A stretch of DNA of 53,044 bases from Candidatus Eiseniibacteriota bacterium (GCA_044229145.1 JBGATO010000022.1:1-53044), one strand, 5' to 3'. Numbered from the stretch's first letter, positions 21,692 through 31,565 are shown. Translations and numbers: made by a program. The notes: generated by a model from the letters alone, not told the origin.

Positions 21692-22027
21692 CTACGCGTC
21701 GCCGGCGGGTTCCAGCACGGCCTGCAGCGGATGGCCGTGCGCCTGGGCCTCGCGGGCGACGCGTTCCGCTTTGGTCTCGGCGATTTCGAACGGGTACACG
21801 CCCGCCACGCCACGCCCCTCGCGGTGCACCCGCATCATCACCCCGTAGGCCTCGCTCGGCGATTTGCGGAAGATGGTCTCCAACACCCACACCACGAAAT
21901 CCATCGGCGTGTAGTCGTCGTTGAGGATGACGACGCGATAGCGATCGGGATCGCCTTCGTGCAGCGCGGCGCGTTCGAGCAGCTCGAGGTCGGGTGTGCG
22001 CTCCGGCACACGCTCGTCGCCGGTCAC
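21692..22027 (-). CDS. clpS: Clp protease adaptor ClpS
   Basis: YRVVILNDDYTPMDFVV, VHREGRGVAGVY..EIAETK, HPLQ. Confidence 0.95.
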   Translation of the reverse strand: MTGDERVPERTPDLELLERAALHEGDPDRYRVVILNDDYTPMDFVVWVLETIFRKSPSEAYGVMMRVHREGRGVAGVYPFEIAETKAERVAREAQAHGHPLQAVLEPAGDA

Positions 22028-22695
22028 CGCTCGGCGGGCGCGACGACGAACGCCCGCACCGGGAACGATCCCAGCCCTGCCACCTTGACCGGCACCGCGA
22101 ACAAGCGTCCGCCGACATCAGGAACCTCGGCGAGTCCGGTCAGGTGCTCGCAGATCGGCACGCCGGCACCCAGCAACGTGGTGTGCGCCGGACGCGCGGG
22201 GTCCTCGGTGTCGTCGATGTTGAGGCTGTCGATGCCGACCAACGCGGCGCCACCGTCCACCAAGGCGCGCGCCCCGTCGGCGGTGACGAAGGGATGGCCC
22301 TCGCCGTAGGCCGGCGTGGCCCACTTGGCATCCCACCCGGTGTGGATGAGCACGGCGCGACCGCGCACATCGACACGGGCGAAGGCCGCGGCGTCGATCG
22401 CGCGCTCGCTGCCGCGCCGCCGTCGCACCATGACGACCTCGAGATCGGCCAGGCGATCGAGCGGCACCTCCGCGAGATCGGCGCCGCGCGCGTAGCGATG
22501 CGATGGCACGTCCACATAGGTGCCGGTGTTGGTCACCATGTCGATCCGCCCGATGTGGAACTCGGTGCCCGGCGCATAGTGGGCCTGCGACGCGGCACGC
22601 GACAGGTGATCGCTGATGCGCGGCGCCGGCAAGCCCGGGTAGGTCACCAGGCCGTCATGCACGGTGTGGCTCACGTCGATGAACCGTCGCGGCAC
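22024..22695 (-). CDS. Cyclase family (kynurenine formamidase-like) protein
   Basis: DVSH, TYPG, NTGTYVDVPSH, LIHTGW, GIDSLNID, HTTLL..ICEHL, PVRAF. Confidence 0.85.
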   Translation of the reverse strand: MPRRFIDVSHTVHDGLVTYPGLPAPRISDHLSRAASQAHYAPGTEFHIGRIDMVTNTGTYVDVPSHRYARGADLAEVPLDRLADLEVVMVRRRRGSERAIDAAAFARVDVRGRAVLIHTGWDAKWATPAYGEGHPFVTADGARALVDGGAALVGIDSLNIDDTEDPARPAHTTLLGAGVPICEHLTGLAEVPDVGGRLFAVPVKVAGLGSFPVRAFVVAPAER

Positions 22696-22696
22696 C

Positions 22697-23614
22697 TCAA
22701 CGCCCTCCGTTCGACAACGCGGGCGCGTCGGGGAGCGAGAGTGGTTCGGTCTCGCGGTCCACGCCTTCCCGTCGCGCCCACCGGAACCACACCAGCGTGA
22801 TGGCGATCCAATACGCCGCGGTGCCCGGCACCCACATGATGATGCCGCCGGTCGATTGATCGTCCATCGGCGACAGGCCCCACACGCGCGGCGCCACGCT
22901 GTACCACGGGTAGAGCAGATGGCCGGCGTACGTGATGAACGCCGCCACCACCATCATCGGAACCGACAGCAGGAAGGACAGCAGGATCTTCATCAGCGGA
23001 CCGGGCGTCGGCAGCGTCTCGGGATCGCCCAGGATCGGCCACCACGACAGGATCGACACCGCGAGCAGCGACAGGTGCATGGCGATGTGCACACCGTGGT
23101 TCGCCATCACCAGGTTGAACATGTACGGCACGTGCCACAGGACGAACACCGTGGTGTAGATCGCGTAGGACGTCCACGGGCGGGTGAGGCGATTCGCGAC
23201 GCCGTGGAGCAGAGGCCGGCGCAGGAGCGGCCCCACCAACGCGGCGCACACGCTCGCCGCCAACAGCGGCGCCACCACCTGCGACAACAGCAGATGCTGG
23301 ATCATGTGGGCGCTGAACAGATACGTGTCGCTCAACTCATGCAGCGGCCCATTGAGACTGAAGAAGAACACCACGAGCCCGACGACGAAGGCGACGATGC
23401 GCGGCGTCGGGACGCGCATCCCGCGACGCCGTGCCGCGCGGACACCCGAGGCGTACAGCGCGGCGAACACGACGAGGCCGATCACCGTGCTCCAGTGCAC
23501 GCCGAACGCGTGCGGATCGAACGGAGGCGGCGGCACCGACGGCATCAAACCGTTGGGCGCCACCGGGACCGGCGGTAGGTGATCGGCATAGGCAGGCGCG
23601 ACGTCGAGGAACAT
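22697..23614 (-). CDS. ctaG: Cytochrome c oxidase assembly factor, caa3 CtaG type
   Basis: YLFSAHMIQHLLL, WHVP, WWP, DQ..GG.IMWVPG; multiple TM segments; downstream of the cox operon. Confidence 0.88.
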   Translation of the reverse strand: MFLDVAPAYADHLPPVPVAPNGLMPSVPPPPFDPHAFGVHWSTVIGLVVFAALYASGVRAARRRGMRVPTPRIVAFVVGLVVFFFSLNGPLHELSDTYLFSAHMIQHLLLSQVVAPLLAASVCAALVGPLLRRPLLHGVANRLTRPWTSYAIYTTVFVLWHVPYMFNLVMANHGVHIAMHLSLLAVSILSWWPILGDPETLPTPGPLMKILLSFLLSVPMMVVAAFITYAGHLLYPWYSVAPRVWGLSPMDDQSTGGIIMWVPGTAAYWIAITLVWFRWARREGVDRETEPLSLPDAPALSNGGR

Positions 23615-23647
23615 GGCGGAAAACGCTACACCCAGCCCGGGACGCAC

Positions 23648-24154
23648 TCAAGCGCCAAGCGGCCGGCGCTCCTCGCGCACCACGATGGTCTCGGCGATGC
23701 GGTCATGCACCGTTCGCCGGTTGGGATGCAGGAAGTACTGCGCGAATCCGAAACCGCCCTCGAGCGCCGACGCACCGTAGCCGAGCGCCCGCTCGATCGA
23801 CTGCCACAAGGTAAGCCGTGCGTGCGCCGTCGAGACCACGCGGATCCCGCACAGCCGCTTGCCGACCGTCCGCCCCTTCCACACGAACGTGACGATCCCA
23901 AAGTACGCCACCACGCTGGCCAGGCTCTCCCAGCCGTGGAAGAAGTGGAAGTGGACGAGTAGCTGTTCGCCCGGCTTGCGTTCGGCGATGGTCTGCGGCA
24001 GCCACACCAGCGTATGGAGCGCGATCACCACCAGAAGATCGAGCACGAACGCCGCCAGCCGGCGCGCGAACGGCGCCAGCGTGACACCGTCGAGTTCGTG
24101 GAGACGGTCGGCTTCGTGCGCGTCGAAGGTCGCGCGACGGGCTAGGGAACGCAC
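23648..24154 (-). CDS. RDD family membrane protein
   Basis: LAPFARRLAAFVLD, GRTVGKRLCGIRVV, RRTVHDRIAETIVV; GTG 24154 after GAGGA. Confidence 0.85.
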   Translation of the reverse strand: MRSLARRATFDAHEADRLHELDGVTLAPFARRLAAFVLDLLVVIALHTLVWLPQTIAERKPGEQLLVHFHFFHGWESLASVVAYFGIVTFVWKGRTVGKRLCGIRVVSTAHARLTLWQSIERALGYGASALEGGFGFAQYFLHPNRRTVHDRIAETIVVREERRPLGA

Positions 24155-24250
24155 GGCATCCTCGGAAGAGATCTTTGACAACGCAAAGGCGACGCTCCCC
24201 GCGGAAGCGTCGCCTCGCAACTTCGCACGCCGGGGCGCGGGCTCGCCGAC

Positions 24251-24577
24251 CTACCCCGACAGGCGCTGGTGGAACAGCGCCATGAGCGCCGTGATCACCA
24301 GCCCCGCCAGCGCCAGGAACGCGATGAAGAACCGCGTGAACAAGCGGTGGTCGAACTTGAGGTGCATGTAGAACGCGACGACGATGCCGAACTTCAGCGC
24401 CGAGAGCACCAGCAGCGTCGGCACCAGCACCGGGCGCAGCGACGGCACGTAGTAGATCGCGACTTCGATCGCCGTGATGATCCCGAGGATCGCCGCGATT
24501 TCGATATAGCGGCGGGCGCCCGGGTGGTTCTGTCCGTCGGCGCTGTGGCCGTGCGACGCGTGTTCGTGGTCGGACAT
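24251..24577 (-). CDS. ctaF: Cytochrome c oxidase subunit IV
   Basis: AGGAGG RBS; three TM segments; IT.IEV and KF.IVVAFYMHLKFD. Confidence 0.88.
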   Translation of the reverse strand: MSDHEHASHGHSADGQNHPGARRYIEIAAILGIITAIEVAIYYVPSLRPVLVPTLLVLSALKFGIVVAFYMHLKFDHRLFTRFFIAFLALAGLVITALMALFHQRLSG

Positions 24578-24588
24578 GGGCAGCCTCC

Positions 24589-25182
24589 TTACGGGATCAG
24601 GTAGAGCAGGGTGAAGATGGCGATCCACACGATGTCGACGAAGTGCCAGTAGAGTCCGGCGATTTCGACATCGAGCGCGTCGGCTTGGGTGATCTTGCCC
24701 GAGAACGAGAGCACGAACAGCGACCACAGCCAGATCACACCGCCGGTCACGTGCGCCCCGTGGAAGCCGGTCAGCACGAAGAACGACGACCCGAACACCG
24801 ACGTCTGGAGCTTCAACCCTTCGTGCACGAACGAGGTGAACTCGTACGCCTGGAAGCCGAGGAAGATCATGCCGAGGATCGCGGTGACCGCGGTCCACAG
24901 GCGGAATTCCTTGATCTTGCCGTGCTGGATGGCCGCCAGCGCGAGCACCATCGCCAGCGACGACATCAGCAGGTCGAAGGTGCTCACCGAGGTCAGCGGG
25001 ATGTTGAAGATCTCGTGCGGGGTCGGGCCCGTCGGGCTCTTCCCCTTCGACACCAGGTAGGTCGCGATCAGCGACCCGAAGAACAGACACTCCGACGACA
25101 GGAACGTCCAGAAGACCAGCTTCCGGTTGCTCAGTCCCGTCGAGGTCGGGTGTTCGTGTTGTACGACGCCTGCGTAACGCAC
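24589..25182 (-). CDS. ctaE: Cytochrome c oxidase subunit III (short form)
   Basis: WTFLSSECLFF, FFVLTGFHGAHV, GLYWHFVDIVW. Confidence 0.94.
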   Translation of the reverse strand: MRYAGVVQHEHPTSTGLSNRKLVFWTFLSSECLFFGSLIATYLVSKGKSPTGPTPHEIFNIPLTSVSTFDLLMSSLAMVLALAAIQHGKIKEFRLWTAVTAILGMIFLGFQAYEFTSFVHEGLKLQTSVFGSSFFVLTGFHGAHVTGGVIWLWSLFVLSFSGKITQADALDVEIAGLYWHFVDIVWIAIFTLLYLIP

Positions 25183-25243
25183 TCCGTCACGTCCTCCTTC
25201 GGCGGCCGGCTCCGTGAGCCCGCCGCGTGGCGGCTGAGTCCGA

Positions 25244-27067
25244 CTAGCCCGCTGGCTGGAGCACCCAGCCGTAGAGCCCGATCAAGAACACCCCGAGACC
25301 GATGAAGCTGATCCAGATGCCGTACATGAAGCCGAACGCCAATAGCGGAATGCCGAGTGCGGCGATCATCGGCCAGAACGACGGCCGCGGCATGTGGATC
25401 TGTTCGTCGTGCGAGCCGGCGGCGTGCGCGCGGTCCGCGTCGGTCATGTGCCACAGCGGGTCACGGCCGTGGATCTGCGGCGTCACCGCGAAGTTGTAGT
25501 CCGGCGGCGGCGACGGGATCGACCACTCGAGCGTCGCACCGCCCCACGGGTTGTCCTCCGCCGTCTTCGGCTTGCGCGAGGTGATGATCATGTTGACGAG
25601 CAGGATCAGCACCGCGAACCCGAGCAGGTGCGACCCGATCGTCGACAACTTGTTCATGTCGTTGAATCCGAGGTCCGCCGCGTAGGTGTAGATACGGCGC
25701 GGCATGCCCCACAGCCCGAGGAAGTGCATCGGGAAGAACGTGATGTTGAAGGCGATCATGGTCAGCCAGAAGTGCACGGTGCCGAGCGTCTCGTTGAGCG
25801 CGCGGCCGGTCATCTTCGGCCACCAGTAGTAGATGCCCGAGAAGATGCCGAGCACCGCGCCGCCGAACAGCACGTAGTGGATGTGCGCGACCACGAAATA
25901 GCTGTCGGTCTGCTGCAGGTCCACCGGCGGCGACGCGTGCATGATCCCCGAGAGCCCGCCGATGGTGAACATGGCGATGAATCCGAGCGCGAACTTCATC
26001 GCCGCGGTGAAGCGCAGCGAACCGCCCCAGAGGGTGCCGATCCAGTTGAAGATCTTCACGCCGGTGGGAATCGCGATGAGCATGGTGGCCAGCGAGAACA
26101 CCGAGTCGCCAATCGGGCCCATGCCGGTGGCGAACATGTGGTGCGCCCACACGCCCCAGCCCACCACACCGATGAAGATCCCCGAGAACACGACGAACGC
26201 GTAGCCGAACAGCGGCTTGCGCGAGAACGTCGGCAGCACCTCGGACACGATGCCCATCGCCGGCAGGATGAGGATGTACACCTCGGGGTGGCCGAACAGC
26301 CAGAACAGGTGCTGCCACAGCAACACCGAGCCGCCGCCCGACGGATCGTAGAAGTGCGTGCCGGTGAGACGGTCGAAGGTGAGTTCGATCAGCGCCACGG
26401 TGATCACCGGGAACGCCGACACCACGAGGAACTGCACCACCAGCGTCATCCACACGAACACCGGCAGACGCATCATCGTCATGCCCGGCGCGCGCATGTT
26501 GACGATGGTGACCAGGAAGTTGAACGCCGCCGCCAGCGAGCTGATCCCGAGGACCTGGAGGCCGAGCGCCCAGAAGTCTACGCCGTGCCCCGGCGAGTAT
26601 TGTTTCGACGTCAGGTTCGCGTAGGCGAACCAGCCCTGGTCCGGCGCCTGGTGCACCAGGAAGCTGATGTTGATGAAGATGCCACCGAACAGGAACACCC
26701 AGTACGAGAAGGCGTTCAAGCGCGGGAACGCGACGTCGCGTGCCCCGATCATCAGCGGGATCAGGAAGTTGAAGAAGCTCGCGGACAGCGGCATGATCGC
26801 CAGGAAGATCATGGTGGTCGCGTGCATGGTGAACATCGCGTTGAACGTCTGCGCGCTCACCAAGTGGTTGTCCGGGCGAATCAGCTGCGTGCGGATGACG
26901 AGCGCTTCCACACCGCCGAGCAGGAAGAACGCGAAGGCGGTGAAGAAGTACATCAGGCCGATGCGCTTGTGATCGACGGTGGTGATCCAGCCCCAGATGC
27001 CGGGCGGCGTCGGCGCGGCGTAGTGGACGTGGGGCTTCAGGGTCGCCGTGGCGGTGGTCGCGGCCAT
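25244..27067 (-). CDS. ctaD: Cytochrome c oxidase subunit I (A1 type)
   Basis: DHKRIG, HATTMIF, WLFGHPEVYI, VWAHHMF, VAHIHY, GMPRR. Confidence 0.97.
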   Translation of the reverse strand: MAATTATATLKPHVHYAAPTPPGIWGWITTVDHKRIGLMYFFTAFAFFLLGGVEALVIRTQLIRPDNHLVSAQTFNAMFTMHATTMIFLAIMPLSASFFNFLIPLMIGARDVAFPRLNAFSYWVFLFGGIFINISFLVHQAPDQGWFAYANLTSKQYSPGHGVDFWALGLQVLGISSLAAAFNFLVTIVNMRAPGMTMMRLPVFVWMTLVVQFLVVSAFPVITVALIELTFDRLTGTHFYDPSGGGSVLLWQHLFWLFGHPEVYILILPAMGIVSEVLPTFSRKPLFGYAFVVFSGIFIGVVGWGVWAHHMFATGMGPIGDSVFSLATMLIAIPTGVKIFNWIGTLWGGSLRFTAAMKFALGFIAMFTIGGLSGIMHASPPVDLQQTDSYFVVAHIHYVLFGGAVLGIFSGIYYWWPKMTGRALNETLGTVHFWLTMIAFNITFFPMHFLGLWGMPRRIYTYAADLGFNDMNKLSTIGSHLLGFAVLILLVNMIITSRKPKTAEDNPWGGATLEWSIPSPPPDYNFAVTPQIHGRDPLWHMTDADRAHAAGSHDEQIHMPRPSFWPMIAALGIPLLAFGFMYGIWISFIGLGVFLIGLYGWVLQPAG

Positions 27068-27113
27068 TAGCGGGCCCTCCTTCCGTTGGACGCGAGGTGG
27101 CGGGCGGCGCGGG

Positions 27114-28160
27114 TCATCGCAGGCTCTCCAAGTAGGCCACCAGCACCTTGACCTGGTCGTCGGTGAGGCCGAGGCTGGGCATCAAGGACCCGGGCTTCTC
27201 CTGCGGCGCGTTCTTCAGCCACTTGCTCATGTTCTCCGGCGTGTTGTCCATGATCCCGCCGGCGATCGTGGTGCGTGAGCCGACGTGGGTCAGGTTGGGG
27301 CCGAGCACGCCGGCCGAGACGCCGTTGATGGTGTGACACCCGACGCAGGCGCTCGACGCGAAGAGCTTGGCGCCGGCGGCGACGTCCGGGTTCGCGGCAG
27401 CCGCCGCGCTGTCCGGCATCGCCTTCTGCGAGGCGACCCAGGCGGTGAAGTCCTCGGGCGTGTCGACGTAGGCGCGCATCCGCATGTTGGCGTGCGAGGC
27501 GCCGCAGAACTCGGCGCACTGGCCACGGAACAACCCGGTCTTCTCCGGCGTCCACCAGATCTTGTTGGTGCGCGCCGGAACCAAGTCGCGCTTGCCGCCC
27601 AGGCCGGGGAACCAGAAGCTGTGGATGACGTCGGCCGTGGTGAGTTCGAAGTCGGCCGTCTGCCCCACCGGAAGGTGGATTTCGTTCGCGGTGGTGATGC
27701 CGAGCGTCGGGTACTGGAATTCCCACCACCACTGGTGGCCGATTACCTTGATGGGCAGCGCCCCTGCCGGCGCCGGCGCCTGCGAGCGGAAGATCGTCCG
27801 CACCGTCGGAACGGCGATGAAGGCCAGGATCACCGCGGGCGCCAGCGTCCATCCGAGTTCGAGGCCGGTGTGCCCATGCATGTCATGCTGGGCCTTGTGG
27901 CCGGGCCGGGCGCGGAACCGGATGATCGCGACGACCAACCCGAGCGCCACCACCGCGAAGATGCCGACTTCCCAGTAGGCGATCACGCGGTAGGTATGGT
28001 CGATCCAGCGGCCGAACTCGGTGGTCGGCACCAAGGTGTTTTGCGGGTACTTCTCGAATCCGGGCGGCAGTTCGCCCTTGGCGGCTGCCAAGGGGATCCG
28101 CGCCAGGCTCAGCAGGAGCGCGGCGGCGCTCGCCAGGGTCACGCGTCGACTGAGGGACAT
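27114..28160 (-). CDS. ctaC: Cytochrome c oxidase subunit II with fused cytochrome c (caa3 type)
   Basis: GHQWWWEF.Y, DVIHSFW, CAEFCGASHANM (CuA), CVGCH heme c motif, KPGSLMP. Confidence 0.96.
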   Translation of the reverse strand: MSLSRRVTLASAAALLLSLARIPLAAAKGELPPGFEKYPQNTLVPTTEFGRWIDHTYRVIAYWEVGIFAVVALGLVVAIIRFRARPGHKAQHDMHGHTGLELGWTLAPAVILAFIAVPTVRTIFRSQAPAPAGALPIKVIGHQWWWEFQYPTLGITTANEIHLPVGQTADFELTTADVIHSFWFPGLGGKRDLVPARTNKIWWTPEKTGLFRGQCAEFCGASHANMRMRAYVDTPEDFTAWVASQKAMPDSAAAAANPDVAAGAKLFASSACVGCHTINGVSAGVLGPNLTHVGSRTTIAGGIMDNTPENMSKWLKNAPQEKPGSLMPSLGLTDDQVKVLVAYLESLR

Positions 28161-28352
28161 GGCTCTCCGTCTGGCTTCACGCGGTGCGACAACTCGGCTG
28201 CGAGGGCGCGGGCCACCCGCAACACGTCACCGTCAAGGAAGAGGAAGCCCCGGCCCCGGTGTGATCGCACGCAGCGCGAAGCGGGCCGGCCTCCACTTAT
28301 GGGTCGGGCAGAACGGGCCGCAGATTAGCACAGGCGGTTTAGGGAAGGGGTG

Positions 28353-28386
28353 AAAAAGTGCCGCCCCCGATCACGCGAGGGCGGCA
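28353..28386 (-). terminator. Rho-independent terminator after the 28423..28956 gene
   Basis: Minus strand TGCCGCCC-tcgcgtgatcgg-GGGCGGCA followed by CTTTTT. Confidence 0.75.
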
Positions 28387-28422
28387 TATGGTCCTACGAC
28401 TAAGGTCGCACCACGTCAGCAG

Positions 28423-28956
28423 TTATTCGTCCGACCACAGCGTGTTCATGCCGCTCAGCGCACGCGGGTGGCGGGCTCGCAGGTAGGCGAACATCCCCGC
28501 CGCGGCGAGCAGATTGCCTCCCGCCACCCCGAAGGTGCCCAGACGTCCGATGAGGTGGAAGCCGAGCGCGAAGTCGAGGGCGAAGAAGCCGAGTTCGAAC
28601 GCCAGGAACCCGACCAGCATGACGAAGCCGAGGATCGGGTAGTGCTCGAACTGCGCCCAGAGGTAGGCCGCGAGCGTGCCGACGACGATGAAGGTGGCGA
28701 GGTGGATGCCGGTGTAGACCGCGATCGGCTGCGGGGTGATGCCGGCCATCGACGCCATCGCCTCCGGACCGTGCAGCACCAAGGTGCCGAGCAAGGCAGG
28801 AGTGGTGAACGGACGCCCGTGCAAGAGATCGAGCAACAGGAACCAACCGGCCAGGAGGGCCGCCCCGATCACCCCCGTGAAGATCCCGTCCTCGATTACT
28901 GCGGGCAAGGTCACCGGGGCCGGTGTGGCCGCCTGGTGTTGACGCACAGCAGACAT
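28423..28956 (-). CDS. Hypothetical four-TM membrane protein upstream of the cox operon
   Basis: AGGAGGAG RBS before ATG 28956; hydrophobic segments; WFLLLD...GRPFTTPALLG; own terminator. Confidence 0.75.
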   Translation of the reverse strand: MSAVRQHQAATPAPVTLPAVIEDGIFTGVIGAALLAGWFLLLDLLHGRPFTTPALLGTLVLHGPEAMASMAGITPQPIAVYTGIHLATFIVVGTLAAYLWAQFEHYPILGFVMLVGFLAFELGFFALDFALGFHLIGRLGTFGVAGGNLLAAAGMFAYLRARHPRALSGMNTLWSDE

Positions 28957-29473
28957 AAGGTGCTCCTCCTTTGACCTAGCAAGGTACGCCTGACGGAGCC
29001 AGGCGCGGAGTGACACGGTCCGCGTTCGGGGCGTGCTATGACCGTAACACGGCAGTGGGACACGCGCATCTGGAATCCCGTTGCCGCCTCGGAGTTCCTG
29101 CGTAGATCGGCGAGGGACTCGCCACATCGACGCAGCGCGCGCGGCGGCGGCGAGCCACACCCTCCAACACTCTCGCCGCATGTGCCGGGACAGCCGACCC
29201 GTCACCTCACCGGCACCGGCTGCGACACGCAATGGGACGCCGATCCGCTCCTGGTGTCCGGGGGTCAACCCGCGCGCGTCCGGCCCGGCACGCGTCGTCC
29301 AGGTGCAGGTCGGACCGAAGTAGCGCCGGGCGATTTGCCGCCAGCGGCGGGCGGTGACGCGTGCACGATGCACGCTGCCACCGCTCTCCGCGGCGCGTTC
29401 CGGCAATGCCTGGCACGGCTGAGGCGCTTCCCTCGGCGTGAGTTGGCGGACCGGCGGCTGCATGCGGCGCCGG

Positions 29474-29489
29474 TGGCATGACGGCTGCA
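29474..29489 (+). promoter_or_regulatory. Candidate sigma-54 promoter
   Basis: TGGCATGACGGCTGCA has GG-N10-GC spacing and lies about 70 nt upstream of the lipoprotein gene. Confidence 0.45.
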
Positions 29490-29558
29490 CAGGTGGCCGA
29501 GGGTGCGGGAACTCCCGCAGTCGCCGATCGCTGCCGTTCGACCCGTGAGGTCATGCCG

Positions 29559-30221
29559 ATGTCCCCCGCCCCTCGTTCCTCCCAGGCCACACCGCGTCTT
29601 GCGCGCGGACTCGCGTTCGCCGCGCTTCTCGTCGTGGGAGGATGCGGCACGCGGGACATCGCGATGTCGCCGCGGCTGGCGGCGCCGGCGCCGGCGAGCG
29701 GTGGCCGCTGGATCGTCGACGGCACGATCGCGATCGCCAACGACTCGACGCGCACCACCACAGACACGCTTTCGCTCGCCAAGTATCTCGAGGAAGTGCC
29801 GGCCGACTCGATCAAGGGCGTGACGACGCTGATCCACGCGGAGGAAGGCGGCTCGCTGAACCTCGGCACCGCGTATCTCGAGATTCCGCCGCGCGCGCTC
29901 ACCACCGACACCGAGATCACGCTCGGCATGACGAGCGGCAGCTTCGTCGAGTACGCGCTCGAACCCACCGGGCTGACCTTCCGCGTCCCCGTACACTTCA
30001 CGGTGAAGTACGACCGCACCACCGTCGATCCGCAGGACGGCGCGGAACTGGTGATCGCGTGGTTCGACCCGTCGCGATCGGTGTGGACGAGCATCGGTGG
30101 TGAGACCGACGGCACGACGCAGAAGGTGAGCGTCGACCTCTCGCACTTCTCCTACTACGCGCTCGCCAAGAAGGTGCACAGCCAGCGTGGCGAGGATGCG
30201 GCTCGCCCCGACCAGCGATAG
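29559..30221 (+). CDS. Hypothetical lipoprotein with ZU5-like beta-sandwich domain
   Basis: GAGG RBS; lipobox-like VGGC; GG.L....LEIPPRAL, LEPTGLTF..PV, terminal LSHFSYYAL. Confidence 0.7.
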   Translation: MSPAPRSSQATPRLARGLAFAALLVVGGCGTRDIAMSPRLAAPAPASGGRWIVDGTIAIANDSTRTTTDTLSLAKYLEEVPADSIKGVTTLIHAEEGGSLNLGTAYLEIPPRALTTDTEITLGMTSGSFVEYALEPTGLTFRVPVHFTVKYDRTTVDPQDGAELVIAWFDPSRSVWTSIGGETDGTTQKVSVDLSHFSYYALAKKVHSQRGEDAARPDQR

Positions 30222-30233
30222 GCGTCGCCGCGA

Positions 30234-31565
30234 CTACACCGCCACGTCCTTCTCGACCAGGCGACGATCGCGCAGGCGGCGATTGAAACGCTCGCGCCGT
30301 GCCGCGGTGGCTTCGGCGCTGTAGAGATCGACGATGAGCGAGCGCAGGCCGGCCTCGAGCTGTGCGACCGTCATGTGACGCGGCACGAAGGTGACGTCGA
30401 ACAGCGTGCAGCGCTCCCATTGGCCGGGGTGCGTGAGGCGGCCTTCCTCGTCGAGCCGCGCGTGGAGCGGCGTGCCGGGAAACGCCGTCTGCAAGGTGAC
30501 CTGCACGTCGAAGAGATCTTCACGCGCCACGAAGTCGCGGATTTCGTCGAAGACCTCGGGACCTTGTGCGTCGAGCCCGAGGATGAAGCAGCCGTTCACG
30601 CGAATGCCATGCGCTTGGATGTTGCGCAGCAACTCACCGTAGCGCGGCGCGGTGAGACGTTTCCAATCCGTGCGCGTTTCGACGCCCTCGAGCTGATCGG
30701 GGCGCGGGCTCTCGAGGCCGATGAGCAGTTCGGCGCAGCCGGCGCGGCGAAGCGCCTCGAGCAAATCGTCGTCGGCGCCCACCGAGATGTCGGTCTCGGT
30801 GAACCAGCGCACACCGCGCATGCCGATCTCGGGCAACAGATCCAGCCAGTACGGCCGGTTGATGAAGCTGTTGTCGTCGGCGAACTCGATGAACGGATGC
30901 CGCCACAATCGCAAGATGGCGTCGAGATCGCGCAATACGAGGGCGGCCGGCTTTTGCCGGTAGCGATGCGCGTACAGCGAACTGCCGGCGCAGAAGTGAC
31001 ACCGGTGCGGGCAGCCGCGGCTGGTCTGCAGCATGAGGCGGTTGTAGCGCGGGAGATCGAGCAGGCCGTACGCCGGCAGCGGCGACTGCGCGAGATCGTA
31101 GTCGTCCTCGAGCGATCCATACGACGGCTTGAGGCGGCGGTTCTCGACGTCGGTCAGCACATCGAGCCAATGCAGTTCGCCGTGGCCGATCACGACGGCC
31201 GCGCCGCGCGCCTGCGCTTCCTCCGGCAGCACCGAGACGTGCGGGCCACCCATCACCACCGGCGTGCCCGCCGCGGTGAGGCGCGCCGCGAGCGCATACG
31301 CTTCGCCGATCTGCGCGCTGAAACTCGAGATCGCCACCAGATCGAACGGGCCGGTGAGATCCTCGGCATGCGCGAGATCGGCGATTTCGATGTAGTGCAC
31401 CTCATGCTGCGTCGGCGTGAGACCGGCGAGCGTGAGCAGGCCGAGGCTCGGCAACGACGCGATCGCCTTGCCGCGCTCCACGAATCCCGGGAGCGTGAGA
31501 CCCAGCTGCAGCAACTCCGGATCGCACACCCGAATGCCGCTCATCGCCACCAGTGCGATTCTCAT
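30234..31565 (-). CDS. B12-binding domain radical SAM protein
   Basis: PSLGLLTLA, VVMGGPHVS, SRGCPHRCHFC (CxxxCxxC), FADDN, IGLES, FPGTPL. Confidence 0.92.
   Translation of the reverse strand: MRIALVAMSGIRVCDPELLQLGLTLPGFVERGKAIASLPSLGLLTLAGLTPTQHEVHYIEIADLAHAEDLTGPFDLVAISSFSAQIGEAYALAARLTAAGTPVVMGGPHVSVLPEEAQARGAAVVIGHGELHWLDVLTDVENRRLKPSYGSLEDDYDLAQSPLPAYGLLDLPRYNRLMLQTSRGCPHRCHFCAGSSLYAHRYRQKPAALVLRDLDAILRLWRHPFIEFADDNSFINRPYWLDLLPEIGMRGVRWFTETDISVGADDDLLEALRRAGCAELLIGLESPRPDQLEGVETRTDWKRLTAPRYGELLRNIQAHGIRVNGCFILGLDAQGPEVFDEIRDFVAREDLFDVQVTLQTAFPGTPLHARLDEEGRLTHPGQWERCTLFDVTFVPRHMTVAQLEAGLRSLIVDLYSAEATAARRERFNRRLRDRRLVEKDVAV

Noticed and set aside
25183..25199. Frameshift at the cox subunit III start (GTG 25190)
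   Set aside because: GTG 25190 is only 2 nt from the SD, whereas in-frame GTG 25182 has workable spacing.
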